Source: an uncultured Methanosarcinales archaeon (lineage in GTDB: Archaea; Nanobdellota; Nanobdellia; Woesearchaeales; GW2011-AR15). Taken from it: a stretch of 64,000 bases of DNA. Below are positions 49,476 through 57,369 of the stretch, one piece after another. Location: contig CAZEKF010000001.1 of the NCBI GenBank assembly GCA_964512765.1, positions 66,366 to 130,365 of the forward strand, in the 5' to 3' direction. Position 1 is the first letter of the stretch. Each line of letters starts with the position of its first letter. A program made the position numbers and the translations under genes. The notes beneath the pieces are model-generated. The model saw only the letters and a program-made list of their open reading frames with translations, searched no databases and was not told the DNA's origin.

Positions 49476-51134
49476 TTAAGGTATTATTTCTTCATAAAAT
49501 TCATTTCCTTCGAAAATTCTATCTCGAACAACATAATATGCTGCACTACACTCAACAGGTGAGTCTGTAATGCCTTCACCAACACAACCATATTCAGGTG
49601 TTTTAAATGGAGATTTTACAGCACCTGTTATAGAAGTAGAGAGCATAAAATCCTTAACAGCATTTGCAACAGCTTCATAACACCTAAAACTGTCAAAAGG
49701 GAACCCTTCCACAGCTTGGCAACTCATTAAATTGTTTGTTAACCAAGCAAGTTGGTCAAGACTTGTGTCATAATTAAGTGGTTCCTGAAAATTTAATACA
49801 TTTATCATATATCTAACATGCCACATATGACCTAACTCATGTGCAAAAACTTTTGTGAATATTTCTTGAGACACTGTATCTCTGTTTTTCATTATAATTT
49901 CATTATAGGAAACAACACCAGAGTCTGTTGTATTTTGAAAGCTTGTAACACCAGTGTCTGAACACGTCACAATTAACGGATCATTAAATAATACATAAGG
50001 TCCAACTCTTGTAACGAGTTCTTCTGCCCAAACAGGAATTTCTTGTCTACAGTTGTTAAAAGATACTAAACCAAATTCATATGTAGGGGCTTGTGCAACA
50101 ACTACAGTCGGAGTAGGTACAAGAGGTGTGTTAGTCAAAGTAGGGTTGAGAACACCAGTTGGCGTAGCTATCGCAACTTGACCACTACCTTGGTCAGGTT
50201 GAGAAATATCTACTTCAACAAACACACCTTTGTAATCAGGATATAAACTGCTAAGGTTTTCTAAACTAGTAGATTGTACACCACCTGCTGCAGTTGAATG
50301 AATAACAGTAACACCGTTATTAGTTGGGATCGCTATTCCAACATGCGAATATTCTCTTATGCCACCTTTATCATGGTTAAGTGTCCATAGATACATTTTA
50401 CCAATTTCCATATGATTACCAATATCATCCCATTTATCAGGGTCATAACCTTGGAACTCAGTAAATCCGTCTATTGGTTTAAATATCTGAGAATTTGGAT
50501 CAATAATGTATGCAATGTTAAGTGTCTGGTCCCAACCATATGCTTGCCTTAAAACTTCGTCATCTGCAGGTCGGTCTGTTCTTTGTTGAAATGCGTCGTC
50601 AAGTTTGATATTAACTCTACTAATTGCTCTGGCAGCTTGTAACTGATACCCTGCACAGTTGAATCCAATAACATTATCAATTGTTGGTGCACCACCTGTC
50701 CAATAAACAAACGAGCCATTATCATCAATAAAACCAAAGTTCTTGTAAGGCACGCCAATGTACTGACTTGCGTCATTTAAAGCCATTTGTGCAATTTCGT
50801 CAACACTTTTACTCGTCTGTGTAAAAAATAACGTTGGAGTTGGAGTTAACATTAAAGCATCAGGCGTAGGAGTTAATGCTACTGGTTGAGTAGGTCCAGG
50901 GATAAGTGTACCATTCATGAAACTTTCAGGAAAAATAGGAATTGCTTGATTATCATCAGATTGTTCTTTTGGGTTGTAAGGTAAGATAGCAGCTATTTGG
51001 TCGAATATTGGCTTGTCAAAATCTATCTGACTGATTAGATAACCACTGTATAAAGCTCCACCTATTAGAACCAAGTTTACACCAGTCCTAAGACAACCGC
51101 CTCCTCTCCTTCTTCTACGTCTTCGTCTTGCCAT
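49476..51134 (-). CDS. Arg-tail signal-anchored surface protein with NlpC/P60-like cysteine peptidase and HEXXH zinc-metallopeptidase domains; C-terminal ...EEIIP tag
   Basis: MARRRRRRRRGGG plus TM. NCAGY (Cys) and HVGIAIP...IHSTAAGG (His) of NlpC/P60. AHELGHMWH zincin motif. Ends NEFYEEIIP. Confidence 0.6.
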   Translation of the reverse strand: MARRRRRRRRGGGCLRTGVNLVLIGGALYSGYLISQIDFDKPIFDQIAAILPYNPKEQSDDNQAIPIFPESFMNGTLIPGPTQPVALTPTPDALMLTPTPTLFFTQTSKSVDEIAQMALNDASQYIGVPYKNFGFIDDNGSFVYWTGGAPTIDNVIGFNCAGYQLQAARAISRVNIKLDDAFQQRTDRPADDEVLRQAYGWDQTLNIAYIIDPNSQIFKPIDGFTEFQGYDPDKWDDIGNHMEIGKMYLWTLNHDKGGIREYSHVGIAIPTNNGVTVIHSTAAGGVQSTSLENLSSLYPDYKGVFVEVDISQPDQGSGQVAIATPTGVLNPTLTNTPLVPTPTVVVAQAPTYEFGLVSFNNCRQEIPVWAEELVTRVGPYVLFNDPLIVTCSDTGVTSFQNTTDSGVVSYNEIIMKNRDTVSQEIFTKVFAHELGHMWHVRYMINVLNFQEPLNYDTSLDQLAWLTNNLMSCQAVEGFPFDSFRCYEAVANAVKDFMLSTSITGAVKSPFKTPEYGCVGEGITDSPVECSAAYYVVRDRIFEGNEFYEEIIP

Positions 51135-51140
51135 TTTTAT

Positions 51141-52694
51141 TTAAGGTATTAATTCATCTGGTCCGTCATAATGAACTGTTGCAAAATTTACAACTGACCG
51201 ACCACTCCAAGTATATTCGTACAGCCTACCATTAAAATAAATCTGTTGCGATCCTCCAGCGTCCATGTTAATTGCAGAATGTGCACCAATGTTGTCCATT
51301 ATTTCTGCAGCATTGCACAAAGTCATTGGTTGAGTTATCATAACAAATAAGGTATTATCATTCACGCCAATCACTGTTCTTCCTCTTGAACCCCATTTAG
51401 GAGAATGACAATCTTGTTTAATGTCAGGATAAAAATCACCGCCGTAGTTGCTTCTATTAAACAAAGTATTGTTACCAGAAACAGCGTATAATATACCGTC
51501 GAAGTTACTGTTAATGTGCCTAATTGTTACTCTACCATTTTCATAAACTACTAATGAAGGCTCTCTAGGGTTTCCAGCATGGACATGATTACGATGTACA
51601 TACGGACCTTTAGGAACAGATGAACCAGAGTCCCATTGATCAGCATTAACAGTAAAAATTACATTATGGCTGTTAGCATATCCTTGCGCAGTATTTAACC
51701 CACCAGGTGCAGAAGATCCAACATTAATGTAAGGACTACACAAATCAAATTTAAACAAAGTATAATTGCCATTATTTTTAATTATTATAGGCTCATCCCT
51801 TGGTTTACAGTTATTTGGTCCTTGTGATTCTTCTGTTGGTCTAGGAGTATGTGTCAATGTAGGGACAGGAGTTGGTGTACTAATTAGATGTTTAATATCT
51901 ATATTACCTAAATCAGGTGAATAACTTTTAACTGCATCTTTTAGATGTTGGTAAGGATAACTGTTATTTGCAAAGCGCAACATTTCTTTTTCAGCTAGAT
52001 CGTAACTGTAGTTTTCGAACTCCACCCTATATATACCAACAATCATACCTGCTCTATGCGCACCATGCTGGCAATGAACATATACCGGTTGCATAGCAGG
52101 ATCTTTAATAATTGTCATAATCTCTAGAATATTTTTGTTAAAATCATGATGTGTAGGAGATTCTGCATTCATTGGATATTTATCAATGTAAATCATGCCT
52201 CTTTGTTCAACTAATGATCGTTCATTAGGCATTCCTTGAGACAAATCTATAACTGTTTTAAATCCTTGAGCTTGTAAATAATCAAAAGCAGCAGCAGAGT
52301 CTGGTTGAGCACCTGCAGCTAACACACCAGGATCAATCCATCTTAAATGAGTTACTGGTGAACCTTCAACTAAAGGAGGAATTTCTGCTTTAACAACAAT
52401 GTCAAGCGTAGTAGTTGGTTGAGGTGTAGGTGTATGGGTTGGCATCAATGTGGGCAGAGGAGTGTGAGTTAATGTTGCTAAAGTTTCTGGTGTTATGTAT
52501 GGGTCTGTTGGTGCGTACAGTACTGTTGCAGTAGTATCTAAGATTTGCTGAGCAGACATGTTATTAACATGAGCAGATGCATGGTCCCTTGTTTTAAAAT
52601 AAACAAATGACGCCGCTGTACCAAGAATAAATAATCCAAGAGGTATAACACAACTATTTCTACGATTCTTTCTTCTACGTCTCCTACGTGCCAT
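51141..52694 (-). CDS. Arg-tail signal-anchored surface protein with a CX5R (PTP/DSP-type) phosphatase domain and a phosphodiester-glycosidase (NAGPA-like) domain; C-terminal ...DELIP tag
   Basis: MARRRRRRKNRRN plus TM. VHCQHGAHRAG is an HCxxGxxR P-loop. C-terminal AINMDAGGSQQ resembles the NAGPA/DUF2233 motif. Ends YDGPDELIP. Confidence 0.6.
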   Translation of the reverse strand: MARRRRRRKNRRNSCVIPLGLFILGTAASFVYFKTRDHASAHVNNMSAQQILDTTATVLYAPTDPYITPETLATLTHTPLPTLMPTHTPTPQPTTTLDIVVKAEIPPLVEGSPVTHLRWIDPGVLAAGAQPDSAAAFDYLQAQGFKTVIDLSQGMPNERSLVEQRGMIYIDKYPMNAESPTHHDFNKNILEIMTIIKDPAMQPVYVHCQHGAHRAGMIVGIYRVEFENYSYDLAEKEMLRFANNSYPYQHLKDAVKSYSPDLGNIDIKHLISTPTPVPTLTHTPRPTEESQGPNNCKPRDEPIIIKNNGNYTLFKFDLCSPYINVGSSAPGGLNTAQGYANSHNVIFTVNADQWDSGSSVPKGPYVHRNHVHAGNPREPSLVVYENGRVTIRHINSNFDGILYAVSGNNTLFNRSNYGGDFYPDIKQDCHSPKWGSRGRTVIGVNDNTLFVMITQPMTLCNAAEIMDNIGAHSAINMDAGGSQQIYFNGRLYEYTWSGRSVVNFATVHYDGPDELIP

Positions 52695-52740
52695 GATGTT
52701 CTCATCGACCAGTAGTAAATAGTTATATTTAAAGATAGTG
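52650..52740 (-). repeat. Copy 1 of an approximately 90-bp duplicated segment covering the leaderless promoter (TATA-like TTTAAATATAACT) and the first approximately 14 codons of the Arg-tail gene
   Basis: A 45-mer CATGATGTTCTCATCGACCAGTAGTAAATAGTTATATTTAAAGAT at 52692..52736 is identical to 54313..54357. The flanks are near-identical. Confidence 0.7.
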
Positions 52741-52785
52741 GGTTTTCAATATGATTTTACTGTATAATTGAAGAAGAATTAGGTG

Positions 52786-54315
52786 CTATGGAATAGGTTC
52801 ATCATAATTATATTCATAAGCGGTTCTAAATGAGCTTGCAATATCTATACTGTTTCCAGAAATTAAAACTAATTTTCCACTATTTGACCCATTCATGGTT
52901 GGTATTGTTAAATTAACATTACCTTCTTCATTTGCTTGAATAACATCACCAGTAAAAACATTTGTTAATATTTCATAAGCTGGTAGTCCATTGAGCGTAT
53001 AATTTCTGGATTCTTGTGTTAAATTGACTAGGTAATACATTTGGGAGTCATTAGGCCCTTGCCTGACCATGTATGCAATACCATTTTGGTTTCCATATTC
53101 TGGATTTGATCCAGTTAACCAAGGCATTAACGCATGAAGTTCATGACCAATCTCACTAATAGTATTCCATAAAGATTCGTATAAACATGGTTTATTATAT
53201 TCACATTCTGGCCAATCCCATAAGGCAATACCATTAGCACCGCCAACAATTGCTTCGTCAATTCGTTGCCTAAGCATACCTCTTGATTGATTATAATTAA
53301 AATGTGCTGGTAAAACAACAAATGTAGAGTTTGAAATACCAGATTCTTTTTTACTTGATAACTGTCTTACTGAATTAAATGTTTTTCCAGTTCCTGAATA
53401 GTTATGATAAAAGTCAGCACCCCATATATCACCTAAGAGAGTATTAAATAATTGATCAGAAGAATAACCAAAATTAGGTTGATCCATTCTGTGATGTAAT
53501 ATTAATGTGTCGTGAACTGCATTGTTATGAATTTTTTTGTGGAGCCTTGTAACTTTTTCAGATATTAAGTTCCAATTTTTAATTAAATTAGGTTCATCTT
53601 TTCCATAGAACCATAACATTGAAGGATGATTATCTACAAAATTAATGAATTCAATTAGTTCTTCAGGTTTTTCGTCATATGTGTCAAATCGAGGAATCAT
53701 CATCATGCCAAATTCTCTGGCATGTTCAAAAATTTTGGGACCATATGGCTGCATAACAATTGTGTTAATACATGCATTAGACACTCTTTGCCACACATTC
53801 ATATTATGATTTATTTCAGCATCAGGCCCAAAGTCAGGATTATCAAATGCACCAGGAGGCCTAGGTAAATAATATATTCCAAATGGAAAAAAACCTGTTC
53901 CTTGTTGAGGGAGACCGTCACCAGTAATAATTATTGAACCTTGATTTTCATAATTTATTTGATTAGCACCATTTGCATACCAGGAAGGAACACATATAGT
54001 ATTATGTTGAACTAAATCTTGGAGATTTTGGACTTGAAGGGTGGGCGTTAGGGTAGGTAATGGTGTTGGTGTTGAAGTAGGTAATGGAGTATGAGTTAAA
54101 GTTGGTAATGTTTCAGAAGTCACAATTGTTTGAGTAGGTACAAAAAAAGCTTGTTGTGCAGGAGTCGCAACACTATTTTGTTGAACAGATGCTGCAATAT
54201 TTGGTATTACTTCTTCAAACATAAAATATGACACAGTAGTACCTAAAATAAATAATCCAAGAGGCACAACACAACTATTTCTACGTTTACTTCTTCTACG
54301 TCTCCTACGTGCCAT
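52786..54315 (-). CDS. Arg-tail signal-anchored surface protein with a TIM-barrel glycoside-hydrolase-like domain (tentative); C-terminal ...DEPIP tag
   Basis: MARRRRRRSKRRN plus TM. T/P stalk. WFYGKDEPN resembles the GH clan-A NEP acid/base strand. Ends YNYDEPIP. Confidence 0.35.
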   Translation of the reverse strand: MARRRRRRSKRRNSCVVPLGLFILGTTVSYFMFEEVIPNIAASVQQNSVATPAQQAFFVPTQTIVTSETLPTLTHTPLPTSTPTPLPTLTPTLQVQNLQDLVQHNTICVPSWYANGANQINYENQGSIIITGDGLPQQGTGFFPFGIYYLPRPPGAFDNPDFGPDAEINHNMNVWQRVSNACINTIVMQPYGPKIFEHAREFGMMMIPRFDTYDEKPEELIEFINFVDNHPSMLWFYGKDEPNLIKNWNLISEKVTRLHKKIHNNAVHDTLILHHRMDQPNFGYSSDQLFNTLLGDIWGADFYHNYSGTGKTFNSVRQLSSKKESGISNSTFVVLPAHFNYNQSRGMLRQRIDEAIVGGANGIALWDWPECEYNKPCLYESLWNTISEIGHELHALMPWLTGSNPEYGNQNGIAYMVRQGPNDSQMYYLVNLTQESRNYTLNGLPAYEILTNVFTGDVIQANEEGNVNLTIPTMNGSNSGKLVLISGNSIDIASSFRTAYEYNYDEPIP

Positions 54316-54362
54316 GATGTTCTCATCGACCAGTAGTAAATAGTTATATTTAAAGATGGTGT
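54272..54362 (-). repeat. Copy 2 of the approximately 90-bp duplicated promoter / 5'-CDS segment
   Basis: See copy 1. About 4 mismatches over about 90 bp. Confidence 0.7.
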
Positions 54363-54441
54363 TTTTTATGAAAATTAACTCTTAATTAGTATCAAATAAT
54401 TTTAAATATAACGTGTCATTACTTTTTAGTAAGAATTTATC

Positions 54442-55818
54442 ATGGTAAGATTGAACATTAAAAAAAAGACTAGAAAGCGCTCAAAAAAAAGAAGCTCAAG
54501 AAAGACTTTAAGAAGACGACCTAGTTCAGGTAATTCTCTTCAAAATAAATTGTTAAATTTTATACCTTCAGAGGCACCTGCTCAACGTCCAGGACTTGAA
54601 TTTAAAGATATTGTGGGAGATCTTTTTCGAAGGGGACCATGGTACTTATTTACACCATTTGCTTTGGAATCCGGAGATGCAACTGTTGATATTAATCCTT
54701 CTAGTCCAAGTCACGGGCAAATCATTGGTGATGTTAGTCTTAATCCAGTGAATGATTATGCAATAAATCATGTTACTTTTGAAATTGGGAAATCTATGTT
54801 AAGAGGCATTGCAGCTTCAAAAGAAAATTCAATAGTAGATACAATAATGCATGTAAGTGTTTTAGGATTATCCGGTTATCAATTTTATAATGGTTTTAGG
54901 AGATTAGGACATTTTCTATGGACAAATCCTATTACAGGTATACCCATTAGATCCTTAATAGGAAATTATGCACCAGATTTAGCAATGGCAATTGACATGG
55001 AATACTTGGACTTAAATTCACAACCAGAACAGTACACACCAATGGGTTCATTATTTGTAGGTATTAGCAACATCACTAGAGGATTTGAAGATGGAATTCA
55101 AGCACTGGGACAATTATATTTTGATGTTCTAAGAATGATGGGAAAGGTTGCGGAGTCAGAACCTAAAAGATCTCTTAAAGATATTCTAAAAGATTTAATT
55201 CCAAATATGCCTAGAGAAGCACCTGCTCAACGTCCAGGATTAGAATTTAAAGATATTTTTGCAGACTTATTCAGAAGAGGACCATGGTACTTACTTACAC
55301 CGTTTGCATTAGAGTCAGGAGATGCAACTGTTGATATTAACCCTTCCAGTCCAAGCCATGGACAAATCATTGGAGATTTAAGCCTTAATCCAATAAATGA
55401 TTATGCAGTTAGCCATGTCTCATTTGAAATTGGAAAATATGTATTAAGGGGCATTGCAGCAGCTGAGAAACGTCCTAAAGTAGATTTGTTAATGCACGGA
55501 CTTGTTGGTGCATTATCTGGTTGGCAAATTGCATATGGTTTAAAAAGATTTGGACATTTTCTATGGACAAACCCATTTACAGGCATACCTCTTAGATCTT
55601 TTATAGGTAGTAATGCACCAGATTTAGCGATGGCAATTGACATGGAATATTTAGATTTAAGTTTACAACCTGAACAGTATACGCCTATTAGTTCATATTT
55701 TGTAGGAATTAGTAATATCACCAGAGGAATTGAAGATGGAATTCAAGCAGTAGGGCAATTATATTATGATACTCTTAGAATAATGGGACGAGTTGCAGAA
55801 CCTGATGATATGTATTAA
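54442..55818 (+). CDS. Basic-tail protein made of two tandem approximately 200-aa repeats of an unknown domain
   Basis: N-terminus KKKTRKRSKKRSSRKTLRRRP with no TM. Residues 44-258 and 259-458 are about 75-80% identical (EAPAQRPGLEFKDI...GDATVDINPSSPSHGQIIGD...). Confidence 0.4.
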   Translation: MVRLNIKKKTRKRSKKRSSRKTLRRRPSSGNSLQNKLLNFIPSEAPAQRPGLEFKDIVGDLFRRGPWYLFTPFALESGDATVDINPSSPSHGQIIGDVSLNPVNDYAINHVTFEIGKSMLRGIAASKENSIVDTIMHVSVLGLSGYQFYNGFRRLGHFLWTNPITGIPIRSLIGNYAPDLAMAIDMEYLDLNSQPEQYTPMGSLFVGISNITRGFEDGIQALGQLYFDVLRMMGKVAESEPKRSLKDILKDLIPNMPREAPAQRPGLEFKDIFADLFRRGPWYLLTPFALESGDATVDINPSSPSHGQIIGDLSLNPINDYAVSHVSFEIGKYVLRGIAAAEKRPKVDLLMHGLVGALSGWQIAYGLKRFGHFLWTNPFTGIPLRSFIGSNAPDLAMAIDMEYLDLSLQPEQYTPISSYFVGISNITRGIEDGIQAVGQLYYDTLRIMGRVAEPDDMY

Positions 55819-55829
55819 TTTAAAGAATT

Positions 55830-57314
55830 TTATCCAGTAATTTGATTTTGTTTGTTATGAGTTTGATTATGATCATATAACTCTTTTGTACTTAGACTAG
55901 TTGTTGCTGCAACTTGTTTAATTTGCATATGGTCATTGTTTGCCCATGAAGAAATTCTATTTACAGCTGCATGTATCTTTTCCATATCTCCTTTTGCGTA
56001 CATTCTAACACAAGCCAAACGGTAGTTAGGGGGAAGTTTTCTTAATTTTTTTTTTTTAATTTGTTTTACAGGATCTCTAAACAAACCAGTTTTCGGCATC
56101 CAGTCACCGTAAGCATATTCAGGTATTACTTCAAATACCTCTTCAGGATCAAATTCATCAATTCCTTTGAACATTCTTTCAGTCCATGTTGCTTCATCAG
56201 GCGGCATCCATGGTGCTATGGAACAGTTTCGAAACCTAGCAATTGAGTTGGCTCTAGGCTGTGGAGTGTACGGATATCCATACAATGGATAGTAAATTTG
56301 TACTTCTAATTCAAGACCACCAGACTTTTCTTTTTCTATTTCACTAACGTACCCAACTACTAAGTCACCGTCTATTTCAACAGGATTTAACTGGGAAGAA
56401 ACACCAGGAATGGGATCCCATCTTGGGTTTAGAGCTCTTCCCAAGAATAAATGATCAGCATATCTATCTCTGTATCCTTCCATTTGTGAAAGATGTCTTG
56501 GTAAAGCAAAAAGACCACCTAGATCATAAACTCTTTTTGAAAATTCAACTTCTAATTCCATCTGCCCTGTATTTGTATCATGGTCAATATCAGCAAAAAC
56601 CAAAGTACCCAAACTTCTATCAAATATTTTAGGCAAAGCATTTAAAAATTGAACTCTAGCCATTTGTTCTGGATCAAGTTGTAATATTTTAATTGCATTC
56701 AAGATGTATTTAGTAACATAGGTCATGGGACCTTGCGAAAGAATGTTGACGTTTGATATGTATGGGCCGCTAGCAAGTGCATTAATAAGACGCTTACCAA
56801 AAGCATCTATAGTAATTTCAGTCTTTACATCTCGATCTTCCACAGGATATTGTCCAATTCTGTATCTGTTTTTTGATGCTTGAATTTCTTCGTAGGCAAA
56901 ATGATGTTTGAGATGGTGAACTGAAAAATCTGTAAACAGTGTTGCAAGCATATCTGGACTTCCTGCCATTTTAAAATCTAACTCTAACTTTGCATACGAT
57001 CTGTTTGGATAAAGTTCTAACCTTGTGTCACTACCTATGTATTCTTCTTGTTTAGGAACACGTTGAACTATACTTGCAAGCCCTTTTCTAATTTTCCTAT
57101 GTTTTGTTTTGTCTAAACTAAAAACTGGTTGCTCAGATTGCTGTGGCGGAGGAGTGTCCCATACCATGATTTGAGGTTCTGTTTGACCTAAATCTGTAGT
57201 TATTTCTCCTCCTTGGGTAGTTGTTATTCTAGAATCGTTGGATTTTGGACTAGTCATATCGCATGAGATTATTAAGTTAATATTTAAATATTTGCTTTTT
57301 CTAACTACTTTCAA
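55830..57314 (-). CDS. Hypothetical soluble protein (494 aa)
   Basis: Long ORF with no TM and no recognised motifs. Island-type composition. Confidence 0.3.
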   Translation of the reverse strand: MKVVRKSKYLNINLIISCDMTSPKSNDSRITTTQGGEITTDLGQTEPQIMVWDTPPPQQSEQPVFSLDKTKHRKIRKGLASIVQRVPKQEEYIGSDTRLELYPNRSYAKLELDFKMAGSPDMLATLFTDFSVHHLKHHFAYEEIQASKNRYRIGQYPVEDRDVKTEITIDAFGKRLINALASGPYISNVNILSQGPMTYVTKYILNAIKILQLDPEQMARVQFLNALPKIFDRSLGTLVFADIDHDTNTGQMELEVEFSKRVYDLGGLFALPRHLSQMEGYRDRYADHLFLGRALNPRWDPIPGVSSQLNPVEIDGDLVVGYVSEIEKEKSGGLELEVQIYYPLYGYPYTPQPRANSIARFRNCSIAPWMPPDEATWTERMFKGIDEFDPEEVFEVIPEYAYGDWMPKTGLFRDPVKQIKKKKLRKLPPNYRLACVRMYAKGDMEKIHAAVNRISSWANNDHMQIKQVAATTSLSTKELYDHNQTHNKQNQITG

Positions 57315-57369
57315 GTGATAAAATTAGTATTATTTATATATAACTTGTAATTACTCATCGATAATAAAA

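Noticed and set aside
47700-54100. Thr/Pro-rich coding repeats (ACACCAAC... tracts) as CRISPR-like or satellite repeats
   Set aside because: They are in-frame low-complexity stalk linkers (PTPTLTP...) inside CDSs, irregular in period, and lack CRISPR repeat-spacer regularity.
46728-54315. Poly-arginine N-termini as twin-arginine (Tat) signal peptides
   Set aside because: Tat motifs are S/T-R-R-x-F-L-K with two Arg. Here there are 6-9 consecutive Arg directly after Met-Ala, with no Tat consensus, followed by a long (about 20 aa) helix. That fits a signal-anchor, not a cleavable Tat signal.
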